Source of the DNA: Octopus sinensis
Taxonomy: Eukaryota
Length of the DNA: 64,000 nt
Assembly (NCBI RefSeq): GCF_006345805.1
Contig: NW_021833976.1
Location: 1-64,000 of the forward strand
Direction of reading: 5' to 3'
Shown here: one piece after another, positions 38,793-52,100 of the stretch
How the letters are laid out: every line of letters begins with the position of its first letter
How positions within the stretch are numbered: the first letter of the stretch is position 1
Position numbers and translations under genes: made by a program
The notes under the pieces: model-generated
The model's database searches: none
Seen by the model: only the letters and a program-made list of their open reading frames with translations
What the model was told of the DNA's origin: nothing

Positions 38793-39443
38793 CTCACGGA
38801 AGTGCGCCGTCCCTTCTTTTCATTCATGCAAAACATCAAACAACGCCAGTCAGCAGACTTGTGCCTGGAGATTGCATCAAGTGACTCTTACCGGCAGAAG
38901 CTTGGTACAACATAAAGCTTGTCCCACACAGAACGTTTCCGGTTACTTTTGGATACCTCCCCGTATATGCATGTATATACAGCCATATAAATACACATAT
39001 TACATATACACGTCTTTAAATATCTGTTTTTCTGTGAATATGTTTACGTAATTAGTGAGAGAAAATGAACAATGATATTCGTGTGCTTCTAGGTTGCATA
39101 TTATAATTCAGCTTTCATTTCGTTCTCAAGATGTTTTCGTATGATTAATTATCTACTTTAAAATGGTTTGTAGAGGGCTGATGTGGTAAACATAGGAGGA
39201 ATATGGATAAAAGTCTGGTTGTTTTCAATCCATATGCTGGAATCCATAACATAATTAAAATCTTATATCTCTTTTATCTTATTCATTTCTTAACCACTAT
39301 GTCTCCCCTACTTTCTCTGCTTTCGTTTTACCACGCCACTCTCTCTATATATATCCGTCTCTGTTTCTTACGTTGACGACCACCTCCTTAAGTATACGTA
39401 GTATGTATTTGAATTAATATAATATATATATATATATATATAG

Positions 39444-39476
<33 letters not shown>

Positions 39477-39826
39477 GTGTGTGTGTGGTGTGTGTTGTGT
39501 GTGTATGTGTGTGTGTGGGTGCGTGTGTGGGTGTGGTGTGGTGTGTGTGTGTTGAGTGTGAGTGTCCGTGTGTGCGTGTCTGTGCGTGTGATTGTATATT
39601 TGTATATATAATAATTCCGCAATATAAACACATGTGGTGTTATGTTTGTATGAATACACTCCCGTTACATTTATATATAATTCAAACATAAGAGATACCC
39701 GAAAATAGGATATGTTTTGAAGGTAACAGGTTTTCTTCTCTGAATAATATATAGTCTATTGACTAATTGTTCTCATTAGACCACTGGTAACTAAGAATTT
39801 TTGGTAAATATTCTTGTTCCCCAAAG

Positions 39827-39858
<32 letters not shown>

Positions 39859-39862
39859 GTAT

Positions 39863-39900
<38 letters not shown>

Positions 39901-39904
<4 letters not shown>

Positions 39905-40080
39905 ATCCAAACAAGAAAGCACAATAAACCCAACGCGAGGACGTGGAACAAATATAGCATTATTGTACCTCAGGAAAGAGGGAAGAAGGAGGGTTTAACG
40001 TTTTCGAGCGGAGCTCTTCGTCGGAAACATAGGAGAAGGAAAGATCCCGAGAAGGGAAGACAGAGGAAAAAAATCGCCAG
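39901..40080. mobile_element. Family G copy
   Basis: Aligns with 36989-37190. Confidence 0.6.
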
Positions 40081-40379
40081 TCATATATATATGATAACAA
40101 CAAATTGATTGTGATTCACTACAGCTGTTTTTTTTTAATTGATGCAATAAAATAATGAATCTCGGACCGGCAGTTCATTTACAACTTTAGTCCATAGAAA
40201 GTGGAGCAACACGCGCAGTGGGTGTACCCATGTGTGACCTTGACTATTAGATGAGTATTGAATCAGCCACTTGTGAACTCATGCATAACTAGAGTAGAAA
40301 TCCAGTTTTACTTTAGTTAATACGGATTTGTACACAATAGCGCTATCTTCGACCCTACCTTGAGTGCTTTCCCTATTTA

Positions 40380-40710
40380 CAAACATAATTCTCACGAATC
40401 CTGCAAATTTAAATACATCTGTATGCACATTATTTACATTATTTACAGTTGAAGGATATTTGTCCTGATCTTGTTTGTTCGTTGTTAACACAACGTTTCG
40501 TCTGATATACCCTCAGCCTTCATCAGGTGTATTGGGGAAAATTTCAGAGGGATGCCTTGGTCCATTTTATAACATCATCTGATCAAGGCTGGAGGGTATA
40601 TCAGCCTATACGTTGTGTTAACAACAAACAAGATGGGGACAAATATCTGTCAATTGCAAATAATATAAATAATGCACATAATTCCTCATCTCTTAAATGC
40701 AGAACTGTAA
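40380..40710. mobile_element. Family P inverted pair, each arm with a hammerhead-like motif
   Basis: - strand motif 40487-40530; + strand core-mutated motif 40575-40619; same family as 52485-53040. Confidence 0.7.
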
Positions 40711-40724
40711 TATCTGTATACATA

Positions 40725-40945
40725 TGGGCGTAGGGAGCGGAAGAAAAACAGGAACTCGCCACGAAAGAAAAGCACATACGATGGAAGGAAAAAAACACAG
40801 TAGCGCCGGTAGGGGGCTCCTTCAAATGCAGTTGCTGTATGCGTGTCTCCCACAACAGCCCCTACACCGTCATCAGTAGCTGACACAATTTCTTCGGGCA
40901 GAGGTCCATGGTCTCTCAAGTCCGACGGATGCCTATTACCACTAC
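40725..40945 (+). mobile_element. RTE-clade LINE 3' end remnant
   Basis: AEEKQELATKEKHIRWKEKNTVAPVGGSFKCSCCMRVSH resembles the RTE C-terminal zinc knuckle; followed by CCATGGTCTCTCAAGTCCGACGGATGCCT. Confidence 0.55.
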
Positions 40946-41171
40946 TCTATGGTAAAAAGTGTGCTTCTTAACCACGTTGTTTGTGGCTCCATGGATAAAT
41001 TGACTCGGGTTGATCGAAATCTTGTGAGCGAATATGGTTCAATGAAGCTGAGCAAAGCCCGTCGTCCTATATACCTATGTATGTATGTGCAATTTTGTAT
41101 AATTGTCTGTACTCCACACAGATATAAACCGGCATTGGTGAGTTTACATCGCGGTATCTTAAGCGTTCGAA

Positions 41172-41383
41172 GGGCGGCGAGCTGGCAGAATCGTTAGCAC
41201 GTCGGGCGAAATGCTTAGCGGTATTGCGGCTGCCGTTACGTTGTGAGTTCAAATTCCGCATCATTCTGGGGTCGATAAATTAAGTACCAGTTACGCACTG
41301 GGGTCGATATAATCGACTTAATACCTATGTCTGTCCATGTTTGTCTCCTCTGTGTTTAGCCCCTTGTGGGTAATAAAGAAATA
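41172..41383 (+). mobile_element. SINE family B with a small internal deletion, 18-bp TSD
   Basis: GGTATCTTAAGCGTTCGA at 41153-41170 and 41384-41401. Confidence 0.92.
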
Positions 41384-41646
41384 GGTATCTTAAGCGTTCG
41401 ATAAACAGAAACCATTAATATATGTACCAGATTTCAAAAGTATATGAGTACACTTTGTCACGCAGCTCGAGAATGAGAATATATAGCAGCACACACTTGA
41501 GGAACAAGTGAACCATGACGTGAATAAGGAACCTGCGTGAAACAGCTGAGGGGAAAATGCTAGCCGGAGGGATGCTTTGGTCCAGGTTATAACGCCTGTA
41601 ATGAATATTTCAATTCGAAGCATTCTTGAGCCAAAATTTCAACTCT

Positions 41647-41830
41647 ATGAGGCGGTGAGCTGACAGAATCGTTACCACACGTCGTAAAACGCATAGCTGT
41701 ATTTCGTCCGTCTTTTTACGTTCTGAGTTCAAATTCCAACGAGGTGACTTTGTCTTGCATCCTTTCGGAATAAAATAAGTACCAGTTCTGTGCGGTGGGG
41801 ATCGATGTATTCGACTTATTCCCCTCCTTA
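41647..41830 (+). mobile_element. Diverged SINE-B-related copy
   Basis: GGCGGTGAGCTGACAGAATCGTTA...GAGTTCAAATTCC...CATCCTTTCGG. Confidence 0.75.
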
Positions 41831-42235
41831 TCAAATGGCTGGCCTTCTGCCAAAGGCTTAAAATCAATATTTACACGCTATTATTTCTACTTTATTTCTC
41901 CGAAAGTCTACGTTCCAAAAAAGAATTATTTTTTCCACGATTTAAAAATAAAAATTCGAGAAGGAGAAATATTTTGTATCCAGTAACTAAACGCTCGACC
42001 ATCGTGCACGAATGGTGTAATTGAAGTATGTATTTGATTGAAGACACCAAATATATGTTTCCTTAACGTATTTAGACTTATTTCAAATTCCCCATCGCAG
42101 ACACTTTCTTTCGACAAAAATATATGTACGCGAATGTGTGTTTGTGTGTTTCTGTGTGTGAGAATATATACTGAAACACTTACACAGACACACACATATA
42201 TATACATACATGTACAAGCATATATTGAAATGTAT

Positions 42236-42269
<34 letters not shown>

Positions 42270-43392
42270 GCATATATATATATATATACATATATGTACA
42301 GGCATATAGTGAAATGGATACATACATAATACATACATACATACATACATATATATATATGTATAGGGGAGGTATACATATTTAACAATATAAGAAGCTG
42401 TGTACAGCATTCTTGTAATCATTGCAACCAATTTCGCTTAGGTTCCTGTTTTTAATCATCTCGTGTTATAAATGGGAAGAAGAAGAAAAAATACCCACTT
42501 TTCGCGTCATCTATTAATATCGTTGGAAGAAGAGAAAAAGTGAACGAATAGCTTCTATGAATGGCTGTGTCTGCTTTACAATTCATAAAGTACAACGCTC
42601 TTTCTCCTATTGTGTATTGTGATACCTACTTATTTTAAGTTCATATTCTTCCAGTTTAAATAATGAAACGTGAATAACATTGCGGTATATATGTATTTAC
42701 ATATGTGTGTGTAGATGCATAATGTTTTCATATGCTTCAAGGAATAAGCGATAACGTACGCATGTACGAACACACACAAACACACATGCTACATATAGTT
42801 TTGTACATGCATATACATATATATATGTGTATCTCCTTTTCTCTTGGTCACTGATTCTGTCCCCTGCCTTCCACCCTCTTTGATTCCCTCTCTCTCTGTC
42901 TCTCTTTCTCTCTCTCCTGCGACCTGCTGCTTCTTAAACCATTCTGTTGGCCTCGTATCTCGACCAACATGTGTCCCCGCTACCGAAACGGTAATTATTT
43001 CTACGCCAGCTATGTTGTTGTTGTTGTTTGTCTCATTTGGTCTAAAGTCGTATGACAACCACCGTTATATATATTTTGTTTATTCATTACTGTTTTCAAT
43101 TTCGTTTTCGTCTCTTGTATTCACATCCGTCTTGTGCGTTCACATTCCTGTCTTCTATCAAGAAATCTAATGCTTACAGCTTATTTTTTTTTTTTTTTTG
43201 GGGCTGGCCGAGTTGGAGCAAATATCAGAATTGAACAGCCGAAATTTCTATGATGATTCGGTGTCTGACTGAAGATGAAGGCTTCGAATGATTTGTCTGT
43301 GTTCCGTGTTCGTCCCTTCCTGTATTTCACGTTCATTATATATAAAAACATTCATTCTTATATATAGATATATATATATATATATATTATAT

Positions 43393-43431
<39 letters not shown>

Positions 43432-43559
43432 ACATATATATATAGATACATAGGGATAATTCACAAAAAAGAAAACAAAAAACACGCTCGGGAAGGAAAA
43501 AGTCTTTTACGCTTCGAGCCTACGCTCTTCCACAAAAAGGAACACAGAAAGAAACAATG

Positions 43560-43658
<99 letters not shown>

Positions 43659-44348
43659 CATACATATATATAATATATATAGCTTTAATTAATATATAAA
43701 ATCTGATAAAATAGTTAATAATATCCAAGTTGCTTGGTTCCTATTACTCTAAAACTACTCGACCCTCATGATCTTTGCATGTATTGGAATGCTTTATATA
43801 AATAGATTTTAAATAAATAAATAACATTTTATAACTACCAATTTATAATTATACATTATCATATAATGATTAATAATAGCATTTTATTTGATCTATAATA
43901 AATATGTGTATAACGAAAATTACAAACAATGAATTGAATAGAGAGATACAATTGACAAACCGATAATTCATTTATATTATAATATAATATAATATACTAT
44001 GAATATAATGTAATATTATATACGATAACATAAAATACCAAAAAAAGTCCAGATGTGCAAACAATTTGTTTTGACTTATATATACATAATATATATCATT
44101 TGATTTATAAAAAATTTAATACACTTATAAAGTCTCATCTGAAGTAAAGTTTTTACTTTAGCGAATACGGATTTTAGGTCTAAGACAATCCTTGGCTATT
44201 ATGATAACATATAAAAACAATAATCTCGAGTAAGTAAGACACTGATACTTCATTTATATACCAATATATTGTTGTGTGTTATTAAAATTGTGAAAGATTG
44301 TCTTCGGAAAAAACGAGTTAGGATAAATATTATTTGAGATATATAGAC

Positions 44349-44724
44349 TAGCTTGCTTACCAACACATGGCTCCGGGTTCAGTCCCACTACGTGGCACCT
44401 TGGGCAAGTGTCTTCTACTATAGCCTCGGGCCGACCAAAGCCTTGTGAGTGGATTTGGTAGAAGGAAACTGAAAGAAGCCCGTCGTATATATATGTATAT
44501 GTGTGTGTACGTGTGTTTGTGTCTGTGTTTGTTCCCCTAGCATTTCTTGACAACCGATGCTGGATTGTTTACGTCCCCGTAACTTAGCGGTTCGGCAAAA
44601 GGGACCGATAGAATAAGTACTAGGCTTACAAAGAATAAGTCCTTGGGTCGATGTGGTCCACTAAAGGAGGTGCTCCATGATGGCCACAGTCAAATGACTG
44701 AAACAAGTAAAAGAGTAAAAGAGT
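44349..44724 (+). mobile_element. SINE family A, 5'-truncated
   Basis: Starts at TAGCTTGCTTACCAACACATGG. Confidence 0.9.
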
Positions 44725-45001
44725 ATGTATTTCGGTATTTGCAGATTCTATTTACTTAATCACGGTGTCCGTTATAATTTTGTTGTTTTTCAATTGTAAT
44801 TGTTATGTAGTTCACGCTTATAATGCATAGGGATTGGTTTCTTAATGATCTCTTTTTAATGTTTGTCTTATCTTATTTTATGTTATATTCATAGTATATT
44901 ATGTTATAATATAAACAAATAATTGCAAAGTCAATCGCATCTTGGTAATTAATATATTGTTGATATATACATACATACATATATATACACACACATACGC
45001 A

Positions 45002-45055
<54 letters not shown>

Positions 45056-45097
45056 CTATCTATCTATCTATCTATATATATATAATATATATAATAT

Positions 45098-45134
<37 letters not shown>

Positions 45135-45294
45135 TTTATAATATATTATTACATACATACATAAACGTTTGTATATGTATATATATATATGGTAGTATAT
45201 ATAGTATTATATATTACACATATATATACATGTATTATAAAATATTAAATATAATATACATATAAATATAAATGTATATATATATATATATAAC

Positions 45295-45353
<59 letters not shown>

Positions 45354-45384
45354 TATTATAGTATATATTATATATTATGTATTA

Positions 45385-45660
45385 TATGTATTGTCCCTTC
45401 TCGAGCCATGCCTGGCTCATAAGGGCCGGTTTTCAGGTTCCTTTTTGCGTATAGGCAGGCGAGCTGCAAAATGCAGGAAGAAAGAGTGAGAGAAAGTTGT
45501 GGCGAAAGAGTCAGCAGAAGTCCGCCATTACCTTCTGCCGGAGGCGCCTGGCGCTTACGTGTTTCGCTCATAAACGCACACATCGCCTGGTCTGAGATTC
45601 GAACACCGCGATCTCTCTACCGCGAGTCCTCTGCACTAACCACTCAGCCATGTGCCTCCA
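45385..45660 (-). mobile_element. SINE family C-related, diverged, tail type 2
   Basis: Reverse complement of the C head (TAACCACTCAGCCATGTGCCTCCA) and of GAGAGAAAGTTGTGG. Confidence 0.75.
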
Positions 45661-45725
45661 CACACATACACACACACACTCGCGCGCACGCGCACAGACA
45701 CACACACGCACACACAAACACATTG

Positions 45726-45821
45726 TATATTGAGGTACAAAGATATTGCCACGAAATAGATTTATACGTACGTACGTTCATATAAAGGTATCCCGTGGCA
45801 ATATCTTTATACCTCAATATA
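45726..45821. repeat. 28-bp inverted repeat with a palindromic centre
   Basis: TATATTGAGGTACAAAGATATTGCCACG / CGTGGCAATATCTTTATACCTCAATATA; centre TACGTACGTA. Confidence 0.9.
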
Positions 45822-46790
45822 TTTGTGAATTTATTGGTGCAGCCATTATGTTATTGTGCAAGTCGAAAACATACTTCAATCGCTAATAGGGAGTGAATAA
45901 TATTGTTGAAGTTATTTAAAGCTAAACGACGATAATATAGAATTTAAGGTTAAAATTCCGTACCATCGTGTTTATTAATTTGCTGTTAATTAGCCCCAGA
46001 AACAACGAAGCAAATCAGAATTTCGTAGATTCATGTTTAATTACAAACCACGCACTGTATCAATATAATTCTTAAAGAATTGATAGAAACTATATAAATA
46101 AACGCATTTGACTTCCTTATTTCAGCCATTTTATATTTATATGCATTTATATATTCAGAAACAACGATAACAAATAAGGAAGCAGACGATGATAAAAATA
46201 TCAAAGAAAAACACCAACGGTGAGAAGAATTCCATCAATAATGGTAATTTCTGAAAATCTACTGTGGTTTAAAATGGTGGAGGAATATTTTCTTTTGTTT
46301 TGAAATGAGCGGCTTGTTTCCATCAAGATTATTCTGTTTACCAATTAAGGTCAAAGCACAAATAGAAACAAACGTTGAAGAATTACAAAGAGAATGAAAT
46401 TATGCAAATTATAGGATTTGTGTTTGCACACTTCAGGTTCTTTTGTCTGGAAGTTCAAATAACATTCAACGATCTGCCTAAGGCAAGCTGAATATATGAA
46501 GATTTAATTTTATAAATTTCTTGCAGTACATTATCAGTATGTCTTCAATACGTTCCATCCACAGGTGTATTGTGTCTACATATATACGTACAGTGAAATG
46601 TTTCGTATTCGAAAATAGATACGATACGAAAACATATTAACACGTATGCCTTCTATTTTCAAATGCATTTATATACACCACAAAGGTTTGTTCATGTATG
46701 CATATCAGTACATGTTTGTTTGGTTATGTATATATATGCATATATCTCTCATCTCTCTCTCATCTCTCTCTCTTTTCTATATATATATAT

Positions 46791-46836
<46 letters not shown>

Positions 46837-46947
46837 GTATATATGTATGTATGTATATATATATATACAGAGAGAGATAAATAGACAGATAGATAATAGA
46901 GAGACAGACAGATAGAAAAATAGAAGATAGATAGATAGATAGATATG

Positions 46948-46987
<40 letters not shown>

Positions 46988-47243
46988 GATAGATAGATAG
47001 ATAGATAAACTACATTTACTTTTGTTTATGCATTTGTGCAAAAATCTTATTTCTCGCTATATTTAAAATTTCAATTATTTCTCAAATTAAAGTTAACTTC
47101 TAAATCAGAAACTATTACTGGTGTTTATTACATATCACATTTGCAATTTGTATCTATATCTATATATCTTCCCCAATCCTTCTCCATCTCTCTCTCTCTC
47201 TCTCTCTCGCTGTATACTCGCATACATGTATATCTATACATAA

Positions 47244-47287
<44 letters not shown>

Positions 47288-47394
47288 ATACATAAGCGCA
47301 TTTATATATATATAGTTAATCCAACATGAAAACACAAAGAGGAAACTCAACAACGCGAGGACGTGGAACAAGTATAGTGTTTTGGACGTCTCGG

Positions 47395-47636
47395 ACGCTT
47401 CTTCCTCTTCTTCTTTTTCTTCTTCTTCTTCTTCTTCTTCTTCTTCTTCTTCTTCTTCTTCTTCTCCTCTTCCACCTCCGCCTCCTCCTCATCATCATCA
47501 GCACCCTCCCCTCCTTCTCCTCCTCTTCCTCCTCGTCCTCGTCCTCGTCCTCGTCCTCCTCGTCGTCGTCGTCCTCCTCCTCCTCCTCCTACTACTACTA
47601 CTTCTTCTCCTTCTTATTCTTATTCTTATTCTTATT

Positions 47637-47669
<33 letters not shown>

Positions 47670-47699
47670 TTACTTCTTCTCCTTATTCTTATTCTTATT

Positions 47700-47749
<50 letters not shown>

Positions 47750-47790
47750 TCTTCTGTTCCTCCTCCTCCTCCTCCTCCTTCTTCTTTCAT
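47395..47790. repeat. Compound trinucleotide microsatellite (TCT, CCT, TAC, TTATTC)
   Basis: Direct inspection. Confidence 0.95.
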
Positions 47791-47829
47791 CCTAAGGAAA
47801 CATTACTAATTTTATGCCCTGAAAAGTGT

Positions 47830-48895
47830 TAAAAGAATAGAACCGATTAGGTTCAGCAAGGCACTAGCAATAGAGAAAGAAACAAAAGAGCCCAAGGAGA
47901 GGCATTGCTATTGAAGTGTTGGTGGCGAGATCGATCCTGGACTGATTCTGCAATGCCAAACAGGGTGGATGCGTTGGCAGGGCTAGTGCATGTGCTGAAA
48001 GAAATAACGGAACTACAGCCGCTCGATGGGTCACAATGGAAGTTGTTCAAAGTGACAAGAAAGCAACTATTCGGTCGTTGTTGGGGCAAAGTGGATGTAC
48101 GGAATTTGAGCCCGAGCTGGTGTATGCCTCATTTCAGCGGCTCTTCACCCAACTATTTGGGACGAATGGCGGTTCGGTGTGCAGGATGGACTTTATTGCC
48201 AACTTCGATGGCATGTCATCACTTTTGGCAAGTGGGGCGAGGCGTTCCGAAATGCCGATACCACCTGCAGAAACACGGGATGTAATGATGGGCTGCACGC
48301 TGAGCAAATTGCCTGGCTTGGGTGGTCTGCTCTAAGAGCTTTATTATTATATACCAGACATGTTTGGCGGGCTTTTAACAGATATCTCACGCAACTGGCA
48401 GCAGAATGGGAGATTTCTTAGCTAAGTGAGCCGAGGAGAGGTGGCAATGCCGGGAAAGGACCCGAACAAGAGCAGTCAAATAGAAAATTTTCGCTGCTGA
48501 ATGCAAACTTCGAAATTTTGGCAAAGATGCCTGCGAAAATGTTGGCACTTGTCATGATGCGCAAACTGGTGCCATCCCAAGCAGATCAATCCAAGACAAC
48601 CTCCACCTTATGCAACATATCATGCAACATATCATAATGAGGCTGGCATGGGTGGGGCTTTCATCAATTTGGATCAATCTAATGCTTTTAGTAGGGCTGA
48701 CCACCAATACTTGGCGGCCGGTTTTTGTCCTATTTTCCGTGGCTGTATCACAGCAAGGCACAGCAACATCAGTTCAGTAGTTCGGGTAAATGGTATCTAT
48801 CGGAGCCATTCAGCACCATGCCCTCGGGCCGTCAAGGCTCTCCCCTCTCATCTCTCCTGTATGTCATAGTTCTAGGGCCACTACTTCGGATGTAT
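47830..48895 (+). mobile_element. Decayed L1/Tx1-clade reverse transcriptase fragment
   Basis: KLPGLGGL (KSPGLDG-like), AIPSRSIQDNLHLM, INLDQSNAFSRADHQYL, SVVRVNG and frameshifted RQGSPLSSLLYV; multiple stops. Confidence 0.85.
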
Positions 48896-49272
48896 TAGTA
48901 TTAAAATATAAAAGAAAAATATAAGGAATGCTTTGATAATATTTGTTCCAACTATTTATATTTAGAACTCACTGATATCTTATTTGAAATCAACGATTTT
49001 GGAATCGGACAACTTAAAACAACGGATGGAGTAATCGATTATAGCGTCTTTACCCTAAACTTCAGTCTCTTAGGGCTAAATTAGAAAGAGTTCCAATATG
49101 GTAGCGTTTTGTCTTGGCTGAAATTGTGGATTCTTTTGGAATTTCTGAAATTGCAGCTTTTTTTCATATAGATATGGTCGTTGTTCTCGTCACTGCTCTT
49201 TTGTTATTCTTCTTATTGTTGCTACAAGCAAGGTGTTGTTGCTGTTTAACAGCAATATATTCGTGGTTGAGT

Positions 49273-49683
49273 GGAGGCGCAATGGCCCAGTGGTTAGGGC
49301 AGCGGACTCGCGGTCATAGGATCGCGGTTTCGATTCCCAGACCGGGCGTTGTGAGTGTTTATTGACCGAAAACACCTAAAAGCTCCACGAGGCTCCGGCA
49401 GGGGATGCTGGTGATCCCTGCTGTACTCTTTCACCACAACTTTCTCTCACTCTTACTTCCTGTTTCTGTTGTACCTGTATTTCAAGGGGCCGGCCTTGTC
49501 ACTCTCTGTGTCACGCTGAATATCCCCGAGAACTACGTTAAGGGTACACGTGTCTGTGGAGTGCTCAGCCACTTACACGTTAATTTCACGAGCAGGCTGT
49601 TCCGTTGATTCGGATCAACCGGAACCCTCGTCGTCGTAACCGACGGAGTACTTCTTCTCTAAACCGACGGAGTGCTTCCCCAC
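49273..49683 (+). mobile_element. SINE family C, full length, tail type 1, 10-bp TSD
   Basis: TCGTGGTTGA at 49261-49270 and 49684-49693; 3' motif AACCGACGGAGT present twice. Confidence 0.92.
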
Positions 49684-49782
49684 TCGTGGTTGAACAGACT
49701 TATGGACAGAAGACACTTTTATTTGGACAATGATGTCGATATTAGTCAACATCTCATTCATTTCGTTTCACTTCTTTTTCAG

Positions 49783-49830
49783 ACCCGAGTATACTGACGT
49801 TGCAACCGCTCAAGCTTTTGTTCTTCATGC
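49783..49830 (+). other. Candidate 48-nt internal exon of an unknown host gene
   Basis: Pyrimidine tract TTTCGTTTCACTTCTTTTTCAG| and |GTAAGT donor; two of three frames open. Confidence 0.45.
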
Positions 49831-50949
49831 GTAAGTCAGCGGTAAACTATTTCGCATACTACCACAGACATGCACCTCGAGAAACTCCTGTCTATTTTTG
49901 TACGAACGCCTGTTATGCAGCATCACATTAATTGCTGAGTCAATTGTCGGCCTTATTCTAATAGATAACGGTAAGGTCTGAGAGTAGTGCGCCGTCTATA
50001 TCTAGCATGGAGGGCGGCTGCGTTGAGTACACAAAGCAACCATATAACCCGGAAGCGGCTTGTAATCTACAATAGTCAGACATCATTTCCGATGAAGACA
50101 GGGATAAGAGATGTTTCATCGTTTATTCCTTTTCCTTTGGGACATAAATTTCTTATTTACATTTTCTCTTTCGTTTTGCTGTCAGATAAAAAAAATCAAT
50201 TAGATATATAGATTATGCAATATACTTAAAATTATTAACCTATATGACATAGACAAACAAACGGATCAGATTCTTATAAAATAAAGTAAAATAAAGCAGG
50301 AAAACGAAAAAAAAAAGAGAGGGTTTACAAATGTAAATACAATCTAATTATAGGTGATTGAGGTATGGAGAAAAATAAATCTACATTTAAAGCAAACTAT
50401 ATTTTAAACAATACAACTTTATTCGATGCAGCCATTAGCTATAAACCCCACGTTCTCATGTTATGTATGTAAATATGTTTGCGTGCATGTATGCATTTCT
50501 AAATGTATGTATATTATTATGTGAGTATGATTGTATATGTGTTTATATGTAATCAGATTTATCCACCACAAACTAGATATCGCGTAGCGATGTCTCTCTT
50601 ACAACAAAAGACACTGTAATAATGCTTCGGAGAAGGAAATAAAGAGGAATAAAATCTAAATCATAAGAAGGGGGAAAAAAAGCACAATTTCAGGAAGAAA
50701 AGGAGACGATATAGGAAAAAAAAATAATGTAAAGAAATCGGTTCAGGAAAGAAATAGAAATAAAAACATGAAGATATATAGCAATTTCTTCATTTCTGCA
50801 AAGAAAATCAATAGTCATCTTTGAGTTGAGAGAGTTTATGGAAGGAAGTGAAAAATACCCTTGAAAATACATTATCTGCGAACAATCCCAGAAAACAAAT
50901 GAGGAAATTAAGACAACAACAATAACAGCAACCGCCAAAGCAGCTTTAA

Positions 50950-50984
50950 TAATGATGATGATGATGATGATGATGATGAAGATG

Positions 50985-51031
<47 letters not shown>

Positions 51032-51080
51032 AAACAACAGCAACAGTAATAATAATAACGACGAAGATGATGATGATGAG

Positions 51081-51112
<32 letters not shown>

Positions 51113-51421
51113 CGGTGGTGGCGGTGGTGGTGGTGGTTTTGATGGTGGTGGTGGTGGTGGTGATGATGATCATGATGATCATGATCATGATGATGAACAT
51201 GTTGGTGGTGGTGGTGGTGGTGGTGGTTTTGATGGCGGTGGTGGTGGTGGTGATGATGATGATGATGATGATGATAATGATGATGATGATGATGATCATG
51301 TTGGTGGTGGTGGTGGTGGTGGTGGTTTTGATGGCGGTGGTGGTGGTGGTGATGATGATGATGATGATGATGATAATGATGATGATGATGATGATGATGA
51401 TTATGATGATGATGATGTTGT

Positions 51422-51470
<49 letters not shown>
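50950..51470. repeat. Compound (ATG)/(ATA)/(GGT)/(GAT) array with a ~100-bp higher-order unit
   Basis: CATGTTGGTGGT...TTTTGATGG... recurs near 51198 and 51297. Confidence 0.93.
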
Positions 51471-52100
51471 AATAGTGCCAGAGGGAATAAGAGTAAGATG
51501 ATTGCGGGAGGGCTGGGTGTAAAGAAATGTGTATAAAAATACTTTTTTTGTTAAGAGAAAGAATGTCAGGTTGGAGGAAAAAAAAAAACTTAATAAAATA
51601 ATGCGAGGAAATGACAAAGAAAAAAGAAAAGGAGTCGTAATTTGGGTAGATGACAGTAAGAATATGAAAACGACATGAAAGATAGAAAATCGATTAAACG
51701 AATATAAGGTGAAAAAATATGTAGCAGGTAAGGGCAAGTACGGGAGAATAATTACTGAAGGATGCTGTATATGTAATAAACGAGTTATTTACTGTCAGTT
51801 TTCTGTTAAATAGAATTAAAAAGGCAAAGTCTCTACGGATCCCACAGTTCTATATTGGACGCTCAGGACGCTCCTCTTCTTCTTCTTCTTCTTCTTCTTC
51901 TTCTTCTTCTCTCCTCCTCCTTCTTCTTCTTCTTCTTCTTCTTCTTCTTCTTCTTCTTCTTTTTCTTTCTTCTTCTTCTTCTTCTTCTTCTTCTTCTTTC
52001 TTCTTCCTCTTCTATAAGTAAAATTAAAGACAGGCAGACTCCTTCAATTATACATCTTGGGAAGCCAAAATACCAGATTAAATTCAAATCTTACTAGAGT

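Noticed and set aside
50952-51737. Longest ORFs (194 and 263 aa)
   Set aside because: They are translations of trinucleotide arrays (poly-D/G/I/T/M) with no complex sequence.
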